DNA of 64,000 bases from Nanobdellota archaeon (GTDB taxonomy: Archaea > Nanobdellota > Nanobdellia > Parvarchaeales > Parvarchaeaceae). The DNA is taken from assembly GCA_021817165.1 (NCBI GenBank), contig JAKAVT010000004.1:1757-65756 (forward strand). Direction: 5' to 3'. Both the position numbers and the translations under genes were made by a program. Shown here one piece after another: positions 24,721 to 33,665 of this stretch (positions are counted from its first letter, which is position 1; the number at the start of each line of letters is the position of its first letter). Below the pieces are notes generated by a model. The model had not been told where the DNA came from. It saw only the letters and a program-made list of their open reading frames with translations, and searched no databases.

Positions 24721-26049
24721 ATGGAACCAGATGTTTTACTGATAGTTTGTGATAGCCTGCGCAAGGATATAATGCAGATTTACGGCGGAGAAGCAAAAAC
24801 TCCCAATTTACTGAAGCTTAAAGAGGATGCAGTTGTCTATGAAAACGCTATAGCTCCTTCCCCATGGACTTTCCCTTCCCATGTTTCATTGTTTACAGGC
24901 TTGTACTTAAATGAGCACAAAGTTCATGAAACTGAGAAAGACAAGCTTTTGGATTTGACAAAATTCAATCTGGATTTAAAAGCTGAAAGACTAGCGGAAT
25001 ATTTTTCAAACAGAGGCTACAACACCCTGGGAATTTCCAACAACCCAATGGTTTCCGTTCAAACGGCTTTTGACATTGGCTTTCATAATTTCTTCATGAT
25101 TGACCCTTTTCCTGTAAGCAAAGAAGATCCAATATTTCAAGAAGCCAGAAGACTTGGAGCAAGCCCTAAAGAGATTGCATTTAAGCTAATAAAACGGGGC
25201 AAATTTGGAAAGATACTTGAATTCGCTAAACTAAGAAAGAGAGAGAAATTAATCAGCGAAGTAATAAACTTTCCACTGGACAAAGGAGCTGAACTTACTA
25301 ATAAGATGCTTCTAAACGGAAACTGGGAAAGCAAATTCTTCAGATTTATTAACTTTTTAGAGGTTCACGAGCCTTACAGAAACTACAATTCTAAAGAAGT
25401 GTGGGATAACGTTACAGGAATAAAGCCCATGAGCCAGAATTCAATAAAAAACATAAGAAAGGAGTACATTACAGAGATGGAATACTTAGATGAGCAGATA
25501 GGTAAACTTATTTCAACGTTGAAAAAAGCGGGAAAATATGACAATACTATGATAATAATAACCTCTGACCATGGACAAGCGATAAACGAGCATGGGTATA
25601 TGTTGCACAGCACTTATCTTTATGATGAACTTGTCAGAATACCTTTGATAATAAAATATCCAAATAGCAAAAAATTCGAGGCTAAAAAAGGCTACCAGAA
25701 TTTAGTTTATTTGCCAAAATTAATAAAAGAGGTTTTAGATGGCGGAGATGATTCTTCGGTTTACTCTGAAACTACTTTCAGCGAAGCCTACGGTGCAGTT
25801 ATTGTTTTACCTGGCGGGTATAAAGATAGGGAGGAATACGTGAAGAAAACCTATGAAAAACTGAGAAAAGCGGTCTACAAAGACGGATTTAAGTTAACTG
25901 TAAACGGCACTGATGGTACAATAGAAGAATTCTTGGAAGGAAGCAAGGAAATAAAAATTGAAGATAATAAAGAAAAGGCAAATGAATTGCTGGAAGAACT
26001 GGACATATTCAAAGGCAAAGAAGACTTTAAAATACCAAACATTAATTAA
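24721..26049 (+). CDS. Sulfatase-like alkaline-phosphatase-superfamily enzyme (no FGly motif)
   Basis: 442 aa. N-terminal metal-site pattern LLIVCDSLRKD and ITSDHGQAINEHG (the SDHG motif). The position of C/S-x-P-x-R reads T-F-P-S-H (PWTFPSHVSLFTG). Confidence 0.7.
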   Translation: MEPDVLLIVCDSLRKDIMQIYGGEAKTPNLLKLKEDAVVYENAIAPSPWTFPSHVSLFTGLYLNEHKVHETEKDKLLDLTKFNLDLKAERLAEYFSNRGYNTLGISNNPMVSVQTAFDIGFHNFFMIDPFPVSKEDPIFQEARRLGASPKEIAFKLIKRGKFGKILEFAKLRKREKLISEVINFPLDKGAELTNKMLLNGNWESKFFRFINFLEVHEPYRNYNSKEVWDNVTGIKPMSQNSIKNIRKEYITEMEYLDEQIGKLISTLKKAGKYDNTMIIITSDHGQAINEHGYMLHSTYLYDELVRIPLIIKYPNSKKFEAKKGYQNLVYLPKLIKEVLDGGDDSSVYSETTFSEAYGAVIVLPGGYKDREEYVKKTYEKLRKAVYKDGFKLTVNGTDGTIEEFLEGSKEIKIEDNKEKANELLEELDIFKGKEDFKIPNIN

Positions 26050-26122
26050 GAGAATATTTTATTAATAAATTTAAGATGTTGCTACGCATAAATTTAATAA
26101 GTACCGCTTTAGATTATAATTA

Positions 26123-27094
26123 ATGGAATTAAGTATATACGGTACTTGTTATAATAACGCAAATCTGATAAAACAGTGTATAGAGTCGATAGCTTCACAA
26201 TTCGATCTTAATAATGACACAGAATTAGTTATAACTGACAATTTCTCAACCGATGGAACTTTCGGGATAATTGATGAATATACTAAAAAATATAAAAATA
26301 TTAAAATTCTAAGAGAACATTGCAGTAGGGGCATGGGTAGGAAAATTGCCTATAATAATACAACAAGTAAATATAGTTTTTATATTGATTTTGACACGGT
26401 TTATTCGCCATTACTATCAAAATTAATAAAACAGATAAAAGCAGAATATACTGGAAATCAAATAATGCCCTTCGGATTTATGGATAGAGACACGATGACA
26501 AAGATAGGTGGATGGGATGACTTAAATAACGCAGAAGACGGAGAACTAGAAGCGAGAGCTATAAGCAAGGGGATAACATTAAACACTTTACCTATAAGGG
26601 CTTATAAGAACGAAATACCCTCGGTTAAAAGGAACCTTAGATTTAGAAAAAGAAAATTTTCTATAAAGTTCTTATTAAGACAATACAGAATCACAAAGGA
26701 TGGGTTGATAGGAAGAGGTATTAAAAATCTAAAAGCAATTAAAACATATTATACTGGCAAGAAAAGGCTATTTGTTTATTTCGTTTATATAATGCTAAAA
26801 CTAGGAAGAAAGAGAACGAGATCATATTCAGATTTTGATTCAAACTCTGAATTAATACAGCAAAATAGAAACCTACTTGATCCAAGAAAATACGGAATAG
26901 AAAAAGACTACTGGATTTATGCATTCTCTACAAGGTTTATCTCAAAAAGTGCAACAACAAGGATAGTTAATACTCTTTTTGATTATGGGTTTGATAAGTT
27001 AGAGATGCTATCAGATAATTCAATAATGGTTTACTCGGAAAAAACATCAAAGGAATTTATAAATGAAACAATTAATTTCATAAAAACACTATAG
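26123..27094 (+). CDS. Family-2 (GT-A) glycosyltransferase, paralogue A
   Basis: 323 aa. LSIYGTCYNN...LVITDNFSTDGT, GMGRKIAYNN and YIDFDTVY (DxD). Alignable over its full length with the convergent neighbour 27116..28093. Confidence 0.75.
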   Translation: MELSIYGTCYNNANLIKQCIESIASQFDLNNDTELVITDNFSTDGTFGIIDEYTKKYKNIKILREHCSRGMGRKIAYNNTTSKYSFYIDFDTVYSPLLSKLIKQIKAEYTGNQIMPFGFMDRDTMTKIGGWDDLNNAEDGELEARAISKGITLNTLPIRAYKNEIPSVKRNLRFRKRKFSIKFLLRQYRITKDGLIGRGIKNLKAIKTYYTGKKRLFVYFVYIMLKLGRKRTRSYSDFDSNSELIQQNRNLLDPRKYGIEKDYWIYAFSTRFISKSATTRIVNTLFDYGFDKLEMLSDNSIMVYSEKTSKEFINETINFIKTL

Positions 27095-27115
27095 CTAATT
27101 AAAAATAAATAATTC

Positions 27116-28093
27116 TTAATAATTTTTGTAGAAATTTATTGCATAATCTAAAAGTTTTATATCAGTAAATTGTGTATAAAGTAAAATTAAACCATTATCT
27201 AAAAACTTAAATTTATTAAAACCTAGGGCAATGTGATCATCTATAAGATTATTAGTAGTAGATATATCTAAAAACCTAGGCTGGATATAAGAAAACCAGT
27301 ACTTTTTATCAATTCCAAATTTTTTAGGGTCTAATAAAATTTCATTACGCTTTAAATATTCTGTATTTGAGGATAAATTAGAATAAAAATAAATTTCATC
27401 CTGGGTTAACTTCATTTTTAGGAGAACTAAATAAGAAAAAATCCTCTTTAATCCGTGATATCTTCTTTTTAATTCAGAAAAGGTTGTAACTCCTCTACCT
27501 TTTATACCATAGGTTGTATTTTTGTATAATCTGCGCAAAAACTTTATAAAATGTTTTTCGTATCGCTTGTCTCTGTTACCAGAAATTATATAGTTCTTTG
27601 AAACCATAATAGTTGGGAAGTAAACTTTAATCCCTTTACTAATGGCCCTTGCCCAAAATTCTAAATCTTCATAAGTATTCATGTCTCTCCATGGCATTAA
27701 TCTATCGGCAGTAGCCCTATCCATGAACCCGAAAGGTAGCATTGTACCTGTTTCATATTTTTCTGCAAACGAATTTATTATTTTTGAGAAAATAGGCAAG
27801 TAAATGGTATCTAAATCTACATAGAAAGTATATTTACCAGTGGTATTTCGGTATGCTTCGGTTCTTCCGATTCCTTTTGTACATTTCATCTGTATTACAC
27901 GAAAATTTTTGAATTTTTTGGAATAATCTTTAAGAACCTCAAAAGTGCCATCTGTAGACAAGTTATCTACTATAACGAATTCATAATCTTTATTAAAATC
28001 AAACTGTGACGTTAAAGATTTTAAACAATCTTCTATTGCAAATATAGAGTTATATACAGTCCCGTATATACTTATTTTAACTTCTGATTCCAT
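27116..28093 (-). CDS. Family-2 (GT-A) glycosyltransferase, paralogue B
   Basis: 325 aa. ISIYGTVYNS...FVIVDNLSTDGT, GIGRTEAYRN and YVDLDTIY. Extremely AT-rich; one hand-counted 60-nt line gave 17 % GC. Confidence 0.75.
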   Translation of the reverse strand: MESEVKISIYGTVYNSIFAIEDCLKSLTSQFDFNKDYEFVIVDNLSTDGTFEVLKDYSKKFKNFRVIQMKCTKGIGRTEAYRNTTGKYTFYVDLDTIYLPIFSKIINSFAEKYETGTMLPFGFMDRATADRLMPWRDMNTYEDLEFWARAISKGIKVYFPTIMVSKNYIISGNRDKRYEKHFIKFLRRLYKNTTYGIKGRGVTTFSELKRRYHGLKRIFSYLVLLKMKLTQDEIYFYSNLSSNTEYLKRNEILLDPKKFGIDKKYWFSYIQPRFLDISTTNNLIDDHIALGFNKFKFLDNGLILLYTQFTDIKLLDYAINFYKNY

Positions 28094-28096
28094 ATA

Positions 28097-28966
28097 TCAC
28101 ATTCTTTTCTTATATTCATAATTAAAATATATTAAACCATTAAAATCCCGTAATAACCTAACATAGGAATTTCCAAGTGAGCTACCAACTATATCTTCAA
28201 TAGGCAGGTCTATAGGCACTAATTTTACAGTGGAATTTTCTAACCATATTAATAAATCCTCGCAGCTATTTATAGAGATCTCATCAAAAACAAACCCATT
28301 TTTACTAGATAAGAATTCTTGAGAAAACACTAAGAATGCACTATTTAGGGGTATAGCGGCAATTTTTTTATAAAGAAGTCTATCAAAAAATTTGTGACGA
28401 TAAGTTCTACCGAAGTATAAAACTTCAAACTTTGATAATATATGACTTATATGACGCCTTTTAAGGCTATTAAAAATTTTAAAGAAAAATGTTGATTTTA
28501 CGAAGTAATAATCATGAAAATGCCCAGTATTCGTTGCTTTGACAGAGATTATGTCCCCAGCCACATTAAATAATTTATCTTTTAATAATTTTGTACTTCC
28601 TATTCTTGTTATGTCATCGTTTGACAAAACTATCCATTTTGGATTGTACTTCAAAGCGTACTTTAAACCGAAATTACAACTTCTTGCATAGTTGAAAAAA
28701 GGACCATTGCTTTCAACGAATATTATCTGCTGTCCTTTGAATATATTTTCGACGCAATTTTTAGCAAGTTTGCCATTATGATCTGCAGTAGGTATAACAA
28801 CCACTATGTCCTTCTCACCCTCTACTTCATAGATTTTCATTGGAGCACTTGGCCTGTTCTTCATCCAGTCTATTAACTGCTCTGGAGTGTCAAAATGATC
28901 ATAGAATTTTATTACGTCTTCTACGTTCTTGCTGGTAAAAAGGCTATTCAATTCGTCTAATTCCAC
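28097..28966 (-). CDS. GT-A-like glycosyltransferase with mosaic paralogue (copy 1)
   Basis: 289 aa, GTG start. IVVVIPTADHNG...IIFVESNGPFFNYARSCNFGLKYA...WIVLSNDD is a GT2-like N-terminal half. The first ~118 aa are nearly identical to 30327..31226, while the C-terminal halves are divergent. Confidence 0.6.
   Translation of the reverse strand: MELDELNSLFTSKNVEDVIKFYDHFDTPEQLIDWMKNRPSAPMKIYEVEGEKDIVVVIPTADHNGKLAKNCVENIFKGQQIIFVESNGPFFNYARSCNFGLKYALKYNPKWIVLSNDDITRIGSTKLLKDKLFNVAGDIISVKATNTGHFHDYYFVKSTFFFKIFNSLKRRHISHILSKFEVLYFGRTYRHKFFDRLLYKKIAAIPLNSAFLVFSQEFLSSKNGFVFDEISINSCEDLLIWLENSTVKLVPIDLPIEDIVGSSLGNSYVRLLRDFNGLIYFNYEYKKRM
28613..28966 (-). repeat. Conserved 5' module shared by the two GT-A-like paralogues (copy 1)
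   Basis: Matches 30867..31226. A 60-nt run (caaaatgatcatagaattttattacgtcttctacgttcttgctggtaaaaaggctattca) is identical in both copies. About 16 amino-acid differences in ~117 aligned residues by manual alignment. Confidence 0.8.
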
Positions 28967-29039
28967 ATTTAATATGTACTATTTATGGTTTATATAGGAT
29001 TTTAGAAAAAGTTATAAACAAGAACTTCGAAGTACTCTA

Positions 29040-30266
29040 ATGATAATTAAACAAAATTGTGCGGCGTGTGGAGGCAAAAATCTAATAAGTGCACTTAATT
29101 TGGGAGAATTGCCTAATTCTAACGAATTTGTTTACAAAAAAGATTTAAAAAACATTAGATATTGGCCATTGCATTACTATTGGTGTGAGGATTGTGGGCT
29201 ATTTCAGCAACTTGAACTAGTGGACAGCAAAACACTATTCAGAGATAATTACACCTATCAAACTGGTGTAAATTTACCAGGGGTAATACATTTTAGAAAG
29301 TTATCAAAAACTCTTAAAAAAGATTTAGTGGGAGAGGATAACTTTGCTATAGTTATTGGATCAAATGATGGTACTGAATTGCAACTTCTTAAAGAAGCTG
29401 AATTCAAAAGAGTACTGGGTATAGAACCTGCAAAAAACATCGCCAAAATCGCTAATAAAAAAGGTTTAGAAACAATAAACAAATTTTTTACAGAAAAACT
29501 GAGTAAAGAGCTAATTAAAAGATACGGTAAAGCAGATTTAATAACAGCAAATAACGTTTTTGCGCATATCCCCGACCCTAAAGATATGATGTTGGGAATG
29601 AAAAACCTGTTAAAACCCAATGGAGAAATAACTATAGAAGTGCAATGGTTTAAAGATGTTATCAGAAAAAATTCTATTGATACTCTTTATAGTGAACATT
29701 ATTATGAATGGACAATTAAAGCTATGATAAGTTTAGCTAAAAGATGCGGATTAAATGTTGTTAAAGTAGTACCTCTCCCAAAACAACAGGGTGGCTCAAT
29801 AAGATTCTATCTAAAATTAAAGGGTAAAACTGATAGAAGACTAGAAATTTTAGAAAGAAGGGGGGGAGTATACAATAAAAAAAGAGTACTTGCCATGCGA
29901 GAAAAAACTGAAAAAAGGAGAATAAAATTAATTAAATTATTAAGGAAGCTAAAAGCTGAGAATAGTATTATAGATATATGGGCAGTGCCTGCAAAAGTTT
30001 CAACAGTATTAAATTTTTCGGGAATAAACTCAAAATTGATAGATTGCGCATTTGATTCCACACCAACAAAAATTAATAGATATATACCAATGGCGGGAAT
30101 AAAAATATTTGATGAAAAACTACTAAACCCCAATATGACAAACAAACCAGATTATTTAATAATCGGAGCATGGAATTATCTGGATTTTGCTAAAAATAAG
30201 CTGAGTTGGTTTACAGATAATGGTGGAAAACTTATAAACTTATTAAATGCAAAAATAATAAATTAA
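29040..30266 (+). CDS. NDP-hexose C-methyltransferase (TylCIII/NovU-like, Zn-ribbon + SAM MTase + C-terminal domain)
   Basis: 408 aa. N-terminal four-Cys ribbon (CAACGG ... CEDCGL), SAM-binding VIGSNDGTE, and NNVFAHIPDP. Confidence 0.75.
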   Translation: MIIKQNCAACGGKNLISALNLGELPNSNEFVYKKDLKNIRYWPLHYYWCEDCGLFQQLELVDSKTLFRDNYTYQTGVNLPGVIHFRKLSKTLKKDLVGEDNFAIVIGSNDGTELQLLKEAEFKRVLGIEPAKNIAKIANKKGLETINKFFTEKLSKELIKRYGKADLITANNVFAHIPDPKDMMLGMKNLLKPNGEITIEVQWFKDVIRKNSIDTLYSEHYYEWTIKAMISLAKRCGLNVVKVVPLPKQQGGSIRFYLKLKGKTDRRLEILERRGGVYNKKRVLAMREKTEKRRIKLIKLLRKLKAENSIIDIWAVPAKVSTVLNFSGINSKLIDCAFDSTPTKINRYIPMAGIKIFDEKLLNPNMTNKPDYLIIGAWNYLDFAKNKLSWFTDNGGKLINLLNAKIIN

Positions 30267-30326
30267 TAATTAGTAACCCTCATATTTTCAGAATACTCCA
30301 CAAAATTCAAGCTATGTAATGACTAA

Positions 30327-31226
30327 TCAATTATTTTTTAATAGATAGTTTAAATAAACCAGATTTATGAAACTTCTTGTTTTGTGTTGTTTGCTAGTCC
30401 CTAAACTACCATTCATAATAGAGCCTATTTTGAAAGGTAATGGGGCCTTCTCAATTTTACGTATTTCATAAGATAAGTAAACATCCTCTTCACCATTTAT
30501 GAAAAGGGGGTTAAAAAAGTAGCCTCTCTGCTTAAATAGATTATAAACAAAATCAGAACGAAATATGGCAAAATCTGCGACATTCAAAAAAGAGTAAACC
30601 TTTTTATAAAGTTTTGGATGTTTTCTTGTAGCTGGTCTAAATGTCAAATATTTTGCTGAAAATTTCTTCCTTAATCTTAGGTATTGGTACTCATAACCTC
30701 TAAATATATACTTAAAAATGACTTCTCTAAAGAAAGAGGGTTTTGTCACCCATATCTCAGAAGAATGACAATGTTCTGGCAATTCGCTAACAGAACAAAC
30801 GTCCGTTGAAACGCTAACTAAATTAAGTTGCTTCTTAAGAAGTTTAATATCATCAATCTTATACATATCATCATTACTAATTATTATCCACTTAGGTTTA
30901 TATTTAAGAGAATACTTTATTCCATAGTTACAACTCCTTGCAAAATTAAAGAATGGCCCATTGCTCTCTACAAATACAATCTGCTGTCCTTTGAATATAT
31001 TATTAGCGCAGTTCTTTGCAAACTCCCCTTCGTGATTCGCAGTAGGTATAACAACAACTATGTCCTTTTCTCCCTCAACCTCATAGATTTTCATCGGAGC
31101 ACTTGGCCTGTTCTTCATCCATTCTATCAGCTGTTCTGCCGTATCAAAATGATCATAGAATTTTATTACGTCTTCTACGTTCTTGCTGGTAAAAAGGCTA
31201 TTCAGTTCATCTAATTCTTCTGTCAT
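30327..31226 (-). CDS. GT-A-like glycosyltransferase with mosaic paralogue (copy 2)
   Basis: 299 aa. IVVVIPTANHEG...IVFVESNGPFFNFARSCNYGIKYS...WIIISNDD. The N-terminal ~120 aa are nearly identical to 28097..28966. Confidence 0.6.
   Translation of the reverse strand: MTEELDELNSLFTSKNVEDVIKFYDHFDTAEQLIEWMKNRPSAPMKIYEVEGEKDIVVVIPTANHEGEFAKNCANNIFKGQQIVFVESNGPFFNFARSCNYGIKYSLKYKPKWIIISNDDMYKIDDIKLLKKQLNLVSVSTDVCSVSELPEHCHSSEIWVTKPSFFREVIFKYIFRGYEYQYLRLRKKFSAKYLTFRPATRKHPKLYKKVYSFLNVADFAIFRSDFVYNLFKQRGYFFNPLFINGEEDVYLSYEIRKIEKAPLPFKIGSIMNGSLGTSKQHKTRSFINLVYLNYLLKNN
30867..31226 (-). repeat. Conserved 5' module shared by the two GT-A-like paralogues (copy 2)
   Basis: See 28613..28966. Same orientation, about 2.25 kb apart, separated by the C-methyltransferase gene. 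Confidence 0.8.
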
Positions 31227-31271
31227 AAATCAAAAGATACATTATTTAAGTATTTAAACATAAAATATTAA

Positions 31272-31826
31272 ATGGCATTTGAATTCAAAAGATTAGAAAT
31301 ACCTGACGTTATCATTATAACTCCAAAGGCATTTTCCGATGAAAGGGGCTTTTTCATGGAAAGCTATAAGGAATCAGAATTCAAAGAAAACGGCATAAAC
31401 TTTGAATTCAAGCAGGATAACCATTCAAAATCCTCAAAAAACGTGCTTAGGGGTTTGCATTATCAATTAGACCCACATGCTCAGGGCAAACTTGTAAGAG
31501 TCATCACCGGAAAGATATTTGATGTAGCGGTTGACATACGAAAAGGTTCTCCAACATTTGGAAAGTGGGTCTCTGCTGAACTCTCTGAAGATAACAAGAA
31601 GATGCTTTGGATTCCGCCAGGATTTGCACATGGCTTTTTATCACTTGAAGACAACACAAATGTACTTTACAAGTCTACAAATGAGTACAACAAGGAAAGT
31701 GAACGTGGCATATCGTGGAATGATCCTGAGATAGGCATAAAATGGCCGATAAATAATCCCGTATTATCAGATAAGGACAAAAAGCACCCTATTTTAAAGG
31801 AAGCAGACATAAATTTTAATTATTAA
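31272..31826 (+). CDS. rfbC: dTDP-4-dehydrorhamnose 3,5-epimerase
   Basis: 184 aa cupin. DERGFF, RGLHYQ, FDVAVDIRKGSPTFGKW and PPGFAHGF. Confidence 0.9.
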   Translation: MAFEFKRLEIPDVIIITPKAFSDERGFFMESYKESEFKENGINFEFKQDNHSKSSKNVLRGLHYQLDPHAQGKLVRVITGKIFDVAVDIRKGSPTFGKWVSAELSEDNKKMLWIPPGFAHGFLSLEDNTNVLYKSTNEYNKESERGISWNDPEIGIKWPINNPVLSDKDKKHPILKEADINFNY

Positions 31827-31849
31827 TTCAATAAATCACAGAATACTCT

Positions 31850-32815
31850 ATGAAACTAATCGTTACTGGTGGATACGGATTTATAGGCTCTAACTTCATC
31901 CTTTACTGGCTGAAAAAACACAAAAAAGACGAGATAATCAATGTAGACAAGTTGACTTATGCTGCAGACCCTGACAATCTAAAAGACTTAAGTGAAAATG
32001 CAAAATACACATTTATAAACGGTGATATAGCAGACAAGGAATTCGTAGAAAGAACGTTTAAGGATGCCGATGCAATAATAAACTTTGCAGCTGAATCGCA
32101 CGTTGACAATTCAATAAAAGATTCTAGCTTGTTTATATCCTCTAATATTGTAGGTGTACACAACATACTTGAAACCGTCCGTAAAACGGGCATACGTTTC
32201 CACCAGATATCAACAGATGAAGTTTATGGCTCTTTGCCTTTGAACTCAAAGGAAAAATTCAATGAAAATTCAAAATATAATCCAAGGAATCCTTACTCTG
32301 CTACAAAAGCGGCTGCTGATTTTTTAGTTAAAGCATATTACAACACGTATAAATTACCCGTAACTATATCTAACTGCAGCAACAATTATGGGATTAACCA
32401 GCATCCTGAAAAGTTAATACCAAAAACGATACTAAATGCCTATTTAGATGAGAATATACCTGTTTACGGCAATGGCAAACAGATAAGAGACTGGATTTTT
32501 GTTGAAGACCATTGCTCTGCTATCGAATCAATAATACAAAAAGGAGTATATGGAGAAACTTATCTAGTTGGTGAAAACGGGGAAAAAAGAAACATTGAGG
32601 TTATAAGAACGATACTAAAAACGATGAAAAAGCCGGATTCACTGATGAAGTTTATAGAGGACAGGCCGGGACACGACGTTAGGTACGCCATAGATTCTAG
32701 AAAAATTCAAAAGGAATTGAAGTGGAAACCTAAATTTTCGTTTGAAAAAGGGATAAAAATTACTATAGAGCACTATCTCAAAAACAAGGAAAGATACTTA
32801 AAAAAGATGAGTTAA
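31850..32815 (+). CDS. rfbB: dTDP-glucose 4,6-dehydratase
   Basis: 321 aa SDR. TGGYGFIGSNF, STDEVYG and YSATKAAAD (Y-x3-K). Confidence 0.9.
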   Translation: MKLIVTGGYGFIGSNFILYWLKKHKKDEIINVDKLTYAADPDNLKDLSENAKYTFINGDIADKEFVERTFKDADAIINFAAESHVDNSIKDSSLFISSNIVGVHNILETVRKTGIRFHQISTDEVYGSLPLNSKEKFNENSKYNPRNPYSATKAAADFLVKAYYNTYKLPVTISNCSNNYGINQHPEKLIPKTILNAYLDENIPVYGNGKQIRDWIFVEDHCSAIESIIQKGVYGETYLVGENGEKRNIEVIRTILKTMKKPDSLMKFIEDRPGHDVRYAIDSRKIQKELKWKPKFSFEKGIKITIEHYLKNKERYLKKMS

Positions 32816-32816
32816 A

Positions 32817-33665
32817 ATGAAAACTTTAGTTCTGGGTGGAAGTGGATTTGTAGGCTATTACCTCGCTAAACATTTCAATGCTACCTCTGCATCTGCTCAT
32901 CAGAAAGAAGGCTACGTAAAGCTTGACATAACCGATAAAGAGGAAGTTTCTAAAGTATTAAATAAAATTAAGCCGGAGCTTATAATAAATTCTGCTGCAA
33001 TTGCAGACGTTGACCTTTGCGAGAAGGAAAAGGAAACGGCTATGCTTGTCAACGGCTATGCTGTTGAATGGCTTTCTTCCCTATCAAAGGAGATAGGAGC
33101 AAAATTTGTCCAGATTTCTACGGATTATGTATTTGACGGCTTGACTGGGAACTACAAGGAAGATGATACTCCAAATCCAATAAATGAATACGGCAAAAGT
33201 AAATTAATTGGTGAAGAAAACGCACTGAAAAATGATGCAATTGTATTAAGAATAGAGATGCCTTATGGTATTAACGTTGCAAAAAACAAGAATGTGTTCT
33301 TTGAATCTGTAATAAATAACCTCAAAGAGGGAAAAACTGTAAATGCAGCTTTGGACCAGATAATCTCTCCGACCTTTGTTGAAGATATACCAAAAGCAGT
33401 AGAAGTGTTAGTTAAAAAAGGAGCTAACGGGATATTTCACATGGCTTCAAAAGAGCACTTTAGCAGGTTTGAATTTGTAAACATTATAGCAGATGTTTTC
33501 AATTTTGACAAAACTATTATAAAGCCTGTGAAATTAGCAGACTTTAAAATGCTGGCTAAAAGGCCGAAGAATACTTTTCTGAACATCGATAAAATCTCCA
33601 AATTCTATGAGATAAAGCCGCTTAAAGAAAACCTGGAAAAAATAAAGACTGGAATGCTTATTTAA
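32817..33665 (+). CDS. rfbD: dTDP-4-dehydrorhamnose reductase
   Basis: 282 aa. VLGGSGFVGYYL, STDYVFDG and YGKSKLIGE. Starts 1 nt after the rfbB stop. Confidence 0.85.
   Translation: MKTLVLGGSGFVGYYLAKHFNATSASAHQKEGYVKLDITDKEEVSKVLNKIKPELIINSAAIADVDLCEKEKETAMLVNGYAVEWLSSLSKEIGAKFVQISTDYVFDGLTGNYKEDDTPNPINEYGKSKLIGEENALKNDAIVLRIEMPYGINVAKNKNVFFESVINNLKEGKTVNAALDQIISPTFVEDIPKAVEVLVKKGANGIFHMASKEHFSRFEFVNIIADVFNFDKTIIKPVKLADFKMLAKRPKNTFLNIDKISKFYEIKPLKENLEKIKTGMLI

Noticed and set aside
24721-26049. Annotating the enzyme as a bona fide sulfatase
   Set aside because: The C/S-x-P-x-R formylglycine motif is replaced by T-F-P-S-H, so only the superfamily fold is supported.
29258-31214. ORFs 29258..29620 (-), 29807..30145 (-) and 30828..31214 (+)
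   Set aside because: Antisense to the C-methyltransferase and GT-A-like genes. In DNA this AT-rich, long stop-free antisense frames are expected by chance.
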